Positions 8,926-18,098 of a stretch of 64,000 nt of DNA are shown piece after piece. This DNA comes from an uncultured Acidimicrobiaceae bacterium (lineage in GTDB: Bacteria; Actinomycetota; Acidimicrobiia; Spongiisociales; ZC4RG35). The translations under genes and the position numbers were made by a program. Location of the stretch: contig CAZYCX010000002.1 in the NCBI GenBank assembly GCA_964645875.1, positions 4,354 to 68,353 of the forward strand. The letters run 5' to 3'. How positions within the stretch are numbered: the first letter of the stretch is position 1; each line of letters starts with the position of its first letter. The notes under the pieces are model-generated. The model saw only the letters and a list, made by a program, of their open reading frames with translations, was not told the DNA's origin and did not search any database.

Positions 8926-10383
8926 CTAGGGAAACGTGCGTGGAGTTCGCTGGACGTTGATCCACCTCAGCTCGGTGAACTCGTCGAGAGCGGCGTCGCC
9001 GCCGAAGCGTCCGTACCCGCTGCCCTTGACTCCTCCGAACGGCGCCTGGGGCTCGTCGTTGACGGTCTGGTCGTTGATGTGGACCATCCCGGTCTCCAAC
9101 TTCAGGGCCATGTCGAGGGCCCGGTTGAAGTCGTTGGTGATGATCCCCGCAGACAGGCCGTACTCCGAGTCGTTGGCTACGGCCAGGGCCTCGTCCCTGT
9201 CCTTGACCACGACGATCGGGGCCACCGGGCCAAACGTCTGCTCGCGGAACAATCTCATATCGGGGTCGACGTCGCTGACCACCGTCGGGTGGTATACGAG
9301 ATTGTCGTGCTGGCCTCCCGTGACGAGGTTCGCTCCTCCGGCCACGGCCTCCTGGACATGTGAGTGCACCTTTTCGACCGCCGCCTGATTGATCAGGGGG
9401 CCGATGGCCGTCGCCGGGTTGGTGGGGTCTCCCACCGGGAGCTCCTGTGCTCGCTTCTTCAATTTCTCGGTGAACTGCTTGGCGATGCTCTTCTCCACGA
9501 TGATCCGCTCCGTCGACATGCAGATCTCTCCCTGGTGGAGGAATGCACCCCAGGTTGCGGCGTCGACCGCATAGTCGAGATCGGCGTCGCCGAGCACTAT
9601 CAGCGGGTCCTTGCCGCCCAACTCGAGCACCGCCCGCTTGAGGTGACGTCCTGCCTTCTCCGCGATGATTCTCCCGACCTCGGTCGAGCCGGTGAACGAG
9701 ATCCTTCTCACCGCCGGGTTGGCGATCATCTCGTCTCCGACGTCGGCCGCCTCTTCGCGGGTGCTCGTGATCACGTTGAGCACACCGGGCGGAAGCCCGG
9801 CCTCTTCGAAGATCTCGGCGAGCAGGAGGCCACCGGTGAGCGGTGCCTCCTCCGACGGCTTGAGCACGATGGTGTTCCCATAGGCCATGGGAAAGGTGAA
9901 CGACCTGCTCCCCAGGATGTAGGGGACGTTGAACGGGGCGAAACAAGCCACCACTCCGGCGGGCTGGCGTATCGCCATGAAGAACGAGTTGGCGTGGTCG
10001 GCCGGGATGATCTCACCCTTGACGTCGTAACCCGCGCCTGCCGCCATCCGGTACAAACCCGGAACGAAGCCCATCTGGAACATGGAGATCCCGATGGTCC
10101 CACCGACCTCCTCCATCATCGCCTTGACGAGCTCGTCCTGACGCCGCTCCATGATGTCGGCCGCCTTGAGGAATATCCCGCGCCTCATGCCCGGTGGCGA
10201 CTCGGCCCAGTCCGGGAACGCCGCCTTCGCGGCATCGATGGCCTGTCTGGCGTCCTCCCTCGTACCCGCCGGGACCTTGGCGTAGACCTCGCCGGTGAAG
10301 GGGTTGAGGTCGTCGAAGCTCTCGCCCGAGGTGGAGTCGACCCACTTTCCCCCGATGAACATCTTCTGTTTCTTGGCGATCAT
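8926..10383 (-). CDS. NAD(P)-dependent aldehyde dehydrogenase
   Basis: Full-length ALDH: FTGSTEVGR, ELGGKDP, catalytic EICMSTER region, GQHDN-like end. Confidence 0.9.
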   Translation of the reverse strand: MIAKKQKMFIGGKWVDSTSGESFDDLNPFTGEVYAKVPAGTREDARQAIDAAKAAFPDWAESPPGMRRGIFLKAADIMERRQDELVKAMMEEVGGTIGISMFQMGFVPGLYRMAAGAGYDVKGEIIPADHANSFFMAIRQPAGVVACFAPFNVPYILGSRSFTFPMAYGNTIVLKPSEEAPLTGGLLLAEIFEEAGLPPGVLNVITSTREEAADVGDEMIANPAVRRISFTGSTEVGRIIAEKAGRHLKRAVLELGGKDPLIVLGDADLDYAVDAATWGAFLHQGEICMSTERIIVEKSIAKQFTEKLKKRAQELPVGDPTNPATAIGPLINQAAVEKVHSHVQEAVAGGANLVTGGQHDNLVYHPTVVSDVDPDMRLFREQTFGPVAPIVVVKDRDEALAVANDSEYGLSAGIITNDFNRALDMALKLETGMVHINDQTVNDEPQAPFGGVKGSGYGRFGGDAALDEFTELRWINVQRTPRTFP

Positions 10384-10589
10384 TGTCTCGGTCCTCCTCT
10401 GTCCCGAATCGCTTCTGGGCTAGTGGTGCTCCCCCCGGTGGAGCAGTCATCAAGTTCCTCCGACGCGTCCGACAACCATAGTGTACGCTCATCGTACGGA
10501 TGGGCGCTATGCGTACATTGGCTCGGATCCCGGTTCGGCTGATCGGCTCGCTGGCGCTGGCATTCGAAGCGAGGAGGAGACCAGTAGCA

Positions 10590-11903
10590 ATGAGAGTCAA
10601 GCTGCGTGTGATCTCGGTAATGACCGTGGTGCTCGCGCTCGTGCTGACCGCATGCGTGGAGGCGGACACATCCGACACCACGGAGCCGGCGCCCGAGACG
10701 ACCCAGGCCGAGAGCCCGGACACGACTGAGGCGGAAAGCCCCGACACCACTGAGGCTGAGCAGATGGAGGGACCGGACGAGATCGTGTTCGGGAACCCGA
10801 TCGCACTGAGCGGGCCCAACAACGCCGGTGCCAGCCTGTCTCAGATCCCGTCTTACGACCTGTGGGCCGCGGACGTGAATGCGGCTGGCGGCATCTATGT
10901 CGCCGAGTACGACCGCCAGATCCCGGTTCGCATCGAGAGGGTGGACGACACCAGCGACATCGGTACTGCGGTGCAACTGATCCAGCAGATGATCGCCAAC
11001 GAGGACATCCACTTCATCCTCCCACCATGGGGCACCGCGGCGAACTTCGCGATAGCACAGGACATCAGTGATGCCCAGACTCCGGTTCTCGGGTGCACCG
11101 TAGGCCATCGCGACCTGGTAGAGAACTCCGAGAACTTCCCTTACTTCTACACGGTGCTGAATCAGGCATCCGATCAGGGTGCGGCCCTGGTCGAGTTGCT
11201 CGAGGAACTCGGAGTGCAAACGGCCGGGATCATCCATCACACGGATCAGTTCGGCCTCGAGTTCAACGAGGTGGTGGAGCCGGCGTTGGAAGCGGCAGGC
11301 ATCGAGGTGGTCATCAAGGAGACCTATCCGCCCAATCCGGAGGACCTCTCCCAGACACTGCGGGCGGTCCAGGCTGCGGAACCAGATGCGTTCCTCGCCT
11401 TCTCCTACCCGGGTGAGACGTTCCTGATGACCGGCCAGGCGATGGAGATAGGTTTCAACCCCAATCTATTCATGGCAGCAGTCGGTGTCGCGTTCCCGCC
11501 GTATAGGGATGCGTTTGGCCAGGCCGCCGAGGGAGTCATCGGCACCGGCGCCTGGAACCCGACCGTCGACGCAGACGACGCCCAGGGCTATTTCGACCGT
11601 CATGTCGAGATGCACGGTGTCGAGCCCGACAGGTGGGCGTCAGCCGCTTGCTACGCGTCGGGAGAGATCCTGCAGCAGGCCATCGAGGCGGCGGGCACAC
11701 TCGATCCGATCGCGATCAAGGAGGCTCTCGACACGACGGAGTTCAATACGATTCTCGGGACCTTCAGCTTCGAGAATCAGGTGAACCCGGTCTACCCCGG
11801 CCAAATCGGGCAGTGGCAGGACGGTGAGTTCGAGATCGTCGGTTACACCGACCAACGTACCGCAGACCCCATCTATCCCAAGCCTCCATGGCCCGAGGGA
11901 TAG
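10590..11903 (+). CDS. ABC transporter substrate-binding lipoprotein (LivK/branched-chain amino acid-binding family)
   Basis: RBS GAGGAGGA + ATG 10590; lipobox LTAC; periplasmic binding protein type I layout; threonine/glutamate-rich linker. Confidence 0.8.
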   Translation: MRVKLRVISVMTVVLALVLTACVEADTSDTTEPAPETTQAESPDTTEAESPDTTEAEQMEGPDEIVFGNPIALSGPNNAGASLSQIPSYDLWAADVNAAGGIYVAEYDRQIPVRIERVDDTSDIGTAVQLIQQMIANEDIHFILPPWGTAANFAIAQDISDAQTPVLGCTVGHRDLVENSENFPYFYTVLNQASDQGAALVELLEELGVQTAGIIHHTDQFGLEFNEVVEPALEAAGIEVVIKETYPPNPEDLSQTLRAVQAAEPDAFLAFSYPGETFLMTGQAMEIGFNPNLFMAAVGVAFPPYRDAFGQAAEGVIGTGAWNPTVDADDAQGYFDRHVEMHGVEPDRWASAACYASGEILQQAIEAAGTLDPIAIKEALDTTEFNTILGTFSFENQVNPVYPGQIGQWQDGEFEIVGYTDQRTADPIYPKPPWPEG

Positions 11904-11946
11904 TCTTCCGCCACCACTGAGACCAGAAGCTCGAATTGCGGATCAG

Positions 11947-11987
11947 AGAGGGGTCGTGCCGGACCCGGGTCCGGACACGACCCCTCT
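11947..11987 (+). terminator. intergenic 12-bp-stem hairpin between SBP and permease genes (attenuator/partial terminator)
   Basis: agaggggtcgtg ... cacgacccctct perfect IR, followed by CUUCG; typical ABC-operon SBP-distal hairpin. Confidence 0.5.
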
Positions 11988-12007
11988 TCGTGCCCCGGTC
12001 AGGGTGA

Positions 12008-12901
12008 TTGGCTGAGATGATCGAGAGCGCCATCGATGTCATCATCACCGGCCTCATCCTCGGAGGGCTGTACGCCCTGATCGCCGTGGGACTCAGCCTC
12101 CAGTATGGAGTCGGTCGTGTCCTGAACGTCTCCCACGGCGAGTTCATCATCCTGGCTGCCCTGGCCACCTACAGCCTCTACACCGTCACCGGCATCCATC
12201 CTCTGTTGGCGATCACCTTCGTCGCTCCGGTTCTGTTCCTGATCGGATTCACCCTCGACCGGACCCTGTTCAACGACCTGCGCCGAACCTCGTTCGACGA
12301 CGACCACTTCGAGGGCAGGTCGTTGCTGGTCTCGTTTGGATTGCTCTTCGTCATCCAGAACCTCATGCTCGTCACCTGGGGAGCGGGCCTGCGCGGTTAC
12401 AGCGTGTTGAACACTCCCGTGGAGATCCTGGGCAGACGCTACGGGCTCAACCGTCTGATCACACTCCTCGTGGCGGTCACCGTGAGCATCGCCTTCTACC
12501 TCTTCATCCGTCACACCCGGCTGGGCAAGGCGATACGGGCCGCCGCCGAGCGGCCAGACATGGCTGAGGCGCTGGGGGTCGATCGCAAGCGGGTGCTGGC
12601 GATCTGTTTCGGTCTCGGTGCGGCGCTCGCCGGGCTCGCCGGCGTCCTCTACAGCATGATGTTCGAGATACAGGCCAGTCGTGGCATCGAGCTGACCCTC
12701 GTGGCGATAGTGGTCGTGGTCGTTGGCGGCCTGGGGAGTATCACCGGCAGCCTGATCGGAGGGTTCCTTCTCGGGCTGGTGATATCCCTCGTCAACTTCA
12801 TCGACCCCAGCCTGTCGCTGGTGGCTTTCTACCTCATCTTCATCCTCGTCCTGTTGGTGAAGCCCTCGGGGCTCCTGGGGAGACAGATCCATGCTGATTA
12901 G
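12008..12901 (+). CDS. livH: branched-chain amino acid ABC transporter permease (LivH-like)
   Basis: 8-10 TM, LivH family conserved region; operon with following genes. Confidence 0.85.
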   Translation: MAEMIESAIDVIITGLILGGLYALIAVGLSLQYGVGRVLNVSHGEFIILAALATYSLYTVTGIHPLLAITFVAPVLFLIGFTLDRTLFNDLRRTSFDDDHFEGRSLLVSFGLLFVIQNLMLVTWGAGLRGYSVLNTPVEILGRRYGLNRLITLLVAVTVSIAFYLFIRHTRLGKAIRAAAERPDMAEALGVDRKRVLAICFGLGAALAGLAGVLYSMMFEIQASRGIELTLVAIVVVVVGGLGSITGSLIGGFLLGLVISLVNFIDPSLSLVAFYLIFILVLLVKPSGLLGRQIHAD

Positions 12902-13886
12902 CACGATCCTCAGCGAGGAGAAGCCGGCCCTGGTTGCGATTCCTCTTGCCATCGTGGCCCTGGCGATCGCACCCACGATCTTGCCCGGCTCGCTCGCCAT
13001 CAGCCTCATCACCGTGTTGATGTACGCCATCCTGACCTTGAGCTGGACGATGTTCTCCGGCCCCACCGGGTACATCTCCCTGGCGACGGCCGGGCTGTTC
13101 GGAGTCGGGGTCTACCTGTCGGCCATTCTCAGGGGCCATCTGCCCATCGAGGTGATCGTCCTGATAGGTGGACTGGCTGCCTTCTTGATCGCCCTCGCCA
13201 TCGGGCTGCTCACCCTCAAGCTGAAGGGGGTCTACTTCATTCTCTTCACCTTCGGAGTCGCCGCCCTCATCCGGAGCTCGGTCCAATGGTTCGAGACCCG
13301 GATCAGCGGGACGGTCGGTCGACATGTCGCCGGTGCCAGCAACGAGACGGTCTATCTGTTGCTGCTGATCCTGTTTTCCATCACGTTGATCGCCGCATTT
13401 CTCCTCAGACACTCCAGTCCGGGCATGGCTCTGCAGGGAATCGGCCAGAATCAGGAGGCGGCAGAGCACATCGGCATCAATGTGACCCGCGTCAAGGTGC
13501 TCACGTTTGCGCTCAGCAGCGTGCTCATGGGCATGACGGGTGCCGTGATGGCCACCAGATTCCGCTACATCGACCCCAACGTCGCTTTCAACCCTCTCAT
13601 CTCGTTCCTTCCCGTGGTGATGGCGATCTTGGGCGGTATCTCGAAGCTGTACGGACCTCTGCTCGGATCTGTGATCCTGGTCGCCCTGCAGGAGTGGCTC
13701 ATCACCGAGTACCCGTACATCTACCTACTCCTATTTGGCCTGACGTTGGTGGTGGTGGTTCTTTGGCTTCCCGGGGGCCTGGTCGAGCTCGCCCAGAAGG
13801 GCTACTTCCGGGTCAAGGTCCGCTGGATCATGCTGAGAATGAGGCTCACCCGGTTGCGGCGCGAGAGGCAGGCGAAGAGGCGATGA
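12891..13886 (+). CDS. livM: branched-chain amino acid ABC transporter permease (LivM-like)
   Basis: Hydrophobic LivM-type protein overlapping livH end. Confidence 0.85.
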   Translation: MLISTILSEEKPALVAIPLAIVALAIAPTILPGSLAISLITVLMYAILTLSWTMFSGPTGYISLATAGLFGVGVYLSAILRGHLPIEVIVLIGGLAAFLIALAIGLLTLKLKGVYFILFTFGVAALIRSSVQWFETRISGTVGRHVAGASNETVYLLLLILFSITLIAAFLLRHSSPGMALQGIGQNQEAAEHIGINVTRVKVLTFALSSVLMGMTGAVMATRFRYIDPNVAFNPLISFLPVVMAILGGISKLYGPLLGSVILVALQEWLITEYPYIYLLLFGLTLVVVVLWLPGGLVELAQKGYFRVKVRWIMLRMRLTRLRRERQAKRR

Positions 13887-14611
13887 GCTTGCTCGAAGTT
13901 CGAGAGGTCTCCCACCGCTTCGGTGGCCTCAAGGCAGTCGACGGAGTCGATCTCGAGGTCGACCAGGGTGAGATCGTCGGGCTCATCGGGCCCAACGGCG
14001 CCGGCAAGACGACAATGTTCAACCTGATCTCGGGAGCTCTCGAAGTGCAGCGGGGGTCGATCAGGTTCAAGGACGAAGACATCACCCGGCTTAGACCGGA
14101 TCAGATCAGCCGCCGTGGCCTGGCCCGGACCTTTCAAACCTCGAAGCTGTTCAACGGCATGACCGCGTTCGAGAACATCCGACTGGCCCTCATCTATGGG
14201 AACCCGGAGCGACGTCTCCGCCACGAGGAGGCCGAGCGAGAGGTCAACCAGATGATGGCGAGGATGGGGATCCTCTCCGATCGCAACAAGCCGGTCCGAG
14301 ATCTCTCACTGGCGAGCCGCCGCTATCTGGAGATCGCACGCGCCCTGGCTACCAGTGCCGAAATGCTCCTTCTCGACGAGTCGATGGCAGGTCTGACCCC
14401 GCGAGAGCTCGAACAGGCCATGGAGCAGATCAGCCGGCTGCGCGATCAGGGAGTGACGATCTTCATGATCGAGCACGTGATGGAGGCGATCATGGGTGTC
14501 TGCGACCGCATCATCGTCTTTCACTTCGGCGCGAAGATCGCCGAGGGCACACCAGGGGAGATCGCCGCCGATCCGGCGGTCAGGTCCGTATATCTGGGAG
14601 AGGACTCCTGA
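13883..14611 (+). CDS. livG: ABC transporter ATP-binding protein (LivG-like)
   Basis: ATG overlaps livM stop (ATGA); Walker A GPNGAGKTT, LSGG-type signature, LLLDES. Confidence 0.9.
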   Translation: MSLLEVREVSHRFGGLKAVDGVDLEVDQGEIVGLIGPNGAGKTTMFNLISGALEVQRGSIRFKDEDITRLRPDQISRRGLARTFQTSKLFNGMTAFENIRLALIYGNPERRLRHEEAEREVNQMMARMGILSDRNKPVRDLSLASRRYLEIARALATSAEMLLLDESMAGLTPRELEQAMEQISRLRDQGVTIFMIEHVMEAIMGVCDRIIVFHFGAKIAEGTPGEIAADPAVRSVYLGEDS

Positions 14612-15315
14612 TGCTCCGCCTCCACAACGTCAATGCCGGATACGGGGCGATCAAGGCGTTGTGGGACGTGACGCTACGGGTCGACGAGGGGGAGATCGTG
14701 ACCGTTCTCGGAGCGAACGGGGCCGGCAAGACCACGTTGGTGAGGACGATCGTCGGCTTGATCGAGCCGTCCTCGGGGATGATCAAGTTCACCGGGCAAC
14801 GCATCGAAGGTCGTGACCCCCATCGGATCAGCGAACTCGGGATCGCCTATGGACCGGAGGGAGGAGGGATCTTTCGGGACATGAGTGTCCGGGAGAACCT
14901 GGAGATGGGTGCGTACCACCGGAGGGCCTGGGAGCGTCGTGACCAAACCCTCGAGCGCGTCCTGCATCTCTTCCCCCGACTCGAGGAGCGCGAGCGTGCC
15001 CTCGCCCGCACCCTCAGTGGTGGAGAGAGACAGATGCTGGTCATCGGGCGGGCGTTGATGGGCCTTCCCACGCTGTGTATCTTCGATGAGCCCTCCATAG
15101 GGATGTCTCCGCTGCTGATCGAACAGTCCTTTCACGTCATGAGCCAATTGCGCGACGAGGGGATCACCGTTCTCCTCATCGAGCAGAACGTGCACAAGAG
15201 CCTCGAGATCGCCGACCGCGGCTACGTGCTCGAGAACGGTCGTGTCGTGCTCGAGGGCGACAAGACGGAGTTGGAGTCGAGCGAGCTGCTGGGTCGGGCC
15301 TACCTGGGCCTCTGA
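14611..15315 (+). CDS. livF: ABC transporter ATP-binding protein (LivF-like)
   Basis: GANGAGKTT, LSGGERQML, IFDEPS. Confidence 0.9.
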   Translation: MLRLHNVNAGYGAIKALWDVTLRVDEGEIVTVLGANGAGKTTLVRTIVGLIEPSSGMIKFTGQRIEGRDPHRISELGIAYGPEGGGIFRDMSVRENLEMGAYHRRAWERRDQTLERVLHLFPRLEERERALARTLSGGERQMLVIGRALMGLPTLCIFDEPSIGMSPLLIEQSFHVMSQLRDEGITVLLIEQNVHKSLEIADRGYVLENGRVVLEGDKTELESSELLGRAYLGL

Positions 15316-16433
15316 GGCCGCTGGGCCAGTGTCTCGTCACAAGCGGCGAGGACGCTGTCGATCTGCGGGAAGCCGGCTTCGAGGCTATCTGTGCCTGCAT
15401 GAGAGTCCATGGCCTCGGCGTCGACCTCCAGTGAGTCGAGACACTGCTCCATCGCCTCCGCGGCGGCACCTGCGGTCTGGAAGACCAGGGGAAGGGCCAC
15501 CCACTCGACGTGCCATCCCCCCACGGCCCGATCCAACTGGTGCGGCGGAGCCGTGGTCAGCATGGCCGTCGCGCCTGCGCATGCCGATGCCGCGGCCACG
15601 GCGCGGACGGAGTCGATGGGGTTCTTCTTCTCCGGCATGCTCGACGAGCCACCCGATCTCACCGCCACCTCGGCGATGGGGCTCGACGCGAGCAGGGCGA
15701 CATCGGAGCCGATCTTGGCCATGGTGCGTGCCATCCTCTCCACCGCCTGAGCCAGGGCGAGCAGACCAGACCTGTTGGTGTGCCACGAGAGGTCTGGCGC
15801 CCTCAGTCCGAGCCGTTGGGCGAGGGAATCGACCACCGCCCGACCTCGCTGGCCGTAGACGTCTCCCGTGCCCACCGGGCCGCCCAACTGCACGACCAGC
15901 CGTGTCCGCTGGTATCGCACGTCCACGATATGGTCGAGCACGGCATCGAGCCAGGTCGCGGTGCGGAATCCGAAGGTGGTGGGGCGGGCGTCCTGGAGGA
16001 AGGTCCGGCCCATCTGCGGTTGATGGCGATGTTCCCGGGTCAGATCGCGCAGACGCCCCGCCATCGCGGATAGGTGGCCTTCGAGGATCTCCAGCGCCGC
16101 TCCGGCGAGGATCATCTGGGCAGTGTCGACTGCGTCTTGGGTGGTGGCTCCGTGATGGAACCAGTGGCCTGCACTGACCGCGGTGCGCAATGCGATGACC
16201 GGAGTACCGGTCTCCCAGGTCGAGTCGAGGATCCGCTCCGGGTCGTCTACCCCACCGCGGCATGCCGCCGCGGTCGCCTCGGCCTCGTCTCTTGGCGCCA
16301 GACCGGCGTCGGCGAGAGCCAGAGCCAGAGCCTCTTCAAACCTGAGCAGGGCATCGACCCGGGACCCCGGCGCGTAGAGGGCGGTCAGGGCGTCGGTGGA
16401 GAAGCCAGGGTCGAAGGTGGGCCGGACGGTCAT
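15300..16433 (-). CDS. pcaB: 3-carboxy-cis,cis-muconate cycloisomerase (fumarate lyase family)
   Basis: Lyase-I family signature GSSSMPEKKNP; in pca cluster directly downstream of pcaHG. Confidence 0.8.
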   Translation of the reverse strand: MTVRPTFDPGFSTDALTALYAPGSRVDALLRFEEALALALADAGLAPRDEAEATAAACRGGVDDPERILDSTWETGTPVIALRTAVSAGHWFHHGATTQDAVDTAQMILAGAALEILEGHLSAMAGRLRDLTREHRHQPQMGRTFLQDARPTTFGFRTATWLDAVLDHIVDVRYQRTRLVVQLGGPVGTGDVYGQRGRAVVDSLAQRLGLRAPDLSWHTNRSGLLALAQAVERMARTMAKIGSDVALLASSPIAEVAVRSGGSSSMPEKKNPIDSVRAVAAASACAGATAMLTTAPPHQLDRAVGGWHVEWVALPLVFQTAGAAAEAMEQCLDSLEVDAEAMDSHAGTDSLEAGFPQIDSVLAACDETLAQRPQRPR

Positions 16434-17005
16434 CAGAAGTCGAAGAAGACCGTCTCGTCTTCCCCCTGCATCTTGATGTCGAACCGGTACACAGGCGGTT
16501 CGGTGCCCTCTTGGAGCTCGGCGATGAGGGTGCCACGTCGCCCGATCGGGACGCTGCGAAGTACGAGGTCGTCGGCGTTGGCCTCCTCCTCGTCCGAGAA
16601 GTAGATCCGGGTGAAGCTGGGGTTGAGCATGCCCCGCCCCTGCACGATGAGCGAGATGTGCGGAGCCTGGAACGCCCCTTCACTGTCGGGGACCCGCCCC
16701 GGCTTCAGAGTCTCGACTCGATATTCGCCGGTCTCGAAGTCGCTGGCTGCCCGGCCGAAACCGGTGAAGTCCGGTTCCAGCTCGAGGTCGCGGGTGTCGT
16801 CGGGGTGGTTGTACCTCCCCGACGGCGATGCCTGCCAGATCTCGAGGAGTGCGTCCTCGATGTAGTTGCCGGCACCGTCTATCACCCTGCCCTCGATGAC
16901 GATCCGATCGTCCCTGCTGGTGAGGATGTTCTCCCCTTCGGCGGAAAGACGCATGCTGAAGTACGGCCCGACCGTCTGTGACGGGGTCTCACCCAGCTCG
17001 CTCAT
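16433..17005 (-). CDS. pcaG: protocatechuate 3,4-dioxygenase alpha subunit
   Basis: RBS GAGGAGGA; MSELGETPSQTVGPYF start, intradiol dioxygenase fold; stop/start coupled to pcaH and pcaB. Confidence 0.85.
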   Translation of the reverse strand: MSELGETPSQTVGPYFSMRLSAEGENILTSRDDRIVIEGRVIDGAGNYIEDALLEIWQASPSGRYNHPDDTRDLELEPDFTGFGRAASDFETGEYRVETLKPGRVPDSEGAFQAPHISLIVQGRGMLNPSFTRIYFSDEEEANADDLVLRSVPIGRRGTLIAELQEGTEPPVYRFDIKMQGEDETVFFDF

Positions 17006-17727
17006 TCGTCGTCCTCCTCGAATGGGGTGGCCGCCTTTCCCCTGAGGACAACGTCCCATCGCCATCCCAGAGCCCAGTTCTCCTCGGTTACTTCATGGTC
17101 GTACCGGGCGATCATCCGGTGCCGGGTGTGCTCTGGTGCCGAGTTGAATATCGGGTCGAAGGGGAATAGGGGGTCGTTGTCGAAGTACATCTGGGTCACC
17201 AGGCGGCTCCCCAGCGACGGCCCCATGAAGGAGAAGTGGATGTGGGCAGGCCGCCACGCATTCGGATGGTTGCCCCATGGGTACGGCCCGGGTTTGATGG
17301 TGAGGAACCGGTACTCGCCGCCCTCTCCCGTCACACATTGGCCCACCCCGATGAAGTTGGGGTCGAGGGGAGCCGGGAAGGCGGTCTCCCTCCAGTGGAC
17401 GTAGCGTCCGCAGGCGTTGGCCTGCCAGATCTCCATGAGGACACCCGGTATCCCGTTGCCGTCCTCGTCGAGGACCTGTCCGGTGACGATGATGCGCTCA
17501 CCGATCGCCGACTCGCCGGTGCCGGCGTTGGTGGTCAGGTCGGTATCCTCCTCGGAGACTTCTGTCCAGATCGGTCCGGGCCCTGTGGTCTCGGACAGGG
17601 TCTGCACGATCGTGAGCAGGTCCTGTTTCGGGCCGCGGAGGACGGTCGACTTGTAGTCGGGATAACTGAACGGTGGATGGTCCGAATAGGCCTTCGGCCC
17701 GTAGTGGCGGATGACGGGCTCGGTCAC
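17002..17727 (-). CDS. pcaH: protocatechuate 3,4-dioxygenase beta subunit
   Basis: GTG start after GAGGAGGAGG; conserved RPAHIHF and WQANACGRY intradiol dioxygenase motifs. Confidence 0.85.
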   Translation of the reverse strand: MTEPVIRHYGPKAYSDHPPFSYPDYKSTVLRGPKQDLLTIVQTLSETTGPGPIWTEVSEEDTDLTTNAGTGESAIGERIIVTGQVLDEDGNGIPGVLMEIWQANACGRYVHWRETAFPAPLDPNFIGVGQCVTGEGGEYRFLTIKPGPYPWGNHPNAWRPAHIHFSFMGPSLGSRLVTQMYFDNDPLFPFDPIFNSAPEHTRHRMIARYDHEVTEENWALGWRWDVVLRGKAATPFEEDDE

Positions 17728-18098
17728 TCTGCCTCCTCCTCGTAGATGGTCTTCGTCACTTTGAACGCGTGATTGGCCGCCGGGACCCCGGCGTAGATGG
17801 CGACGTGGAGCAGGACCTCCGCGATCTCCTCCGGTGTGGCTCCGGTGTTCTTTGCCGCCCGGAGATGCAAGGCGAGCTCCTCGTGGCCGGAGGCGGCGAG
17901 GATGGCGATGGTGATCAGGCTCCGCTGTCGTCTCTCCAGCCCGGGCCGGGCCCAGAGGTCGCCCCACACGTTCTCGGTGATCCACCGTTGAAAGTCACGG
18001 TCGAGATCCGTGGTGGCTGCCACCGCCCGGTCGACGTGCTCATCTCCCAGGACGCCGCGGCGCACCTCCATGCCTCGCTCGTGCTTGTCGTCACTCAT
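17724..18098 (-). CDS. pcaC: 4-carboxymuconolactone decarboxylase
   Basis: MSDDKHERGMEVRRGVLGDEHVDR, AhpD/CMD-like fold; stand-alone (not fused to pcaD). Confidence 0.8.
   Translation of the reverse strand: MSDDKHERGMEVRRGVLGDEHVDRAVAATTDLDRDFQRWITENVWGDLWARPGLERRQRSLITIAILAASGHEELALHLRAAKNTGATPEEIAEVLLHVAIYAGVPAANHAFKVTKTIYEEEAE

Noticed and set aside
8873-10542. Long ORFs antisense or out of frame to the aldehyde dehydrogenase (8873..9946, 9364..10542, 9771..10103, 10013..10822, 10380..11240)
   Set aside because: Arg/Pro/Gly-rich low-complexity translations typical of spurious open frames in high-GC DNA. They fully overlap a well-supported ALDH gene and SBP gene.
11999-13469. Minus-strand ORFs 11999..13075 and 12840..13469 opposite the Liv permeases
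   Set aside because: Acidic/His-rich nonsense translations antisense to clearly conserved permease genes.
15385-16263. ORFs 15242..16177(+), 15385..16263(-), 15510..16073(+) inside pcaB
   Set aside because: Alternative-frame artefacts; pcaB frame has lyase-family signature, others are R/P/G-rich.
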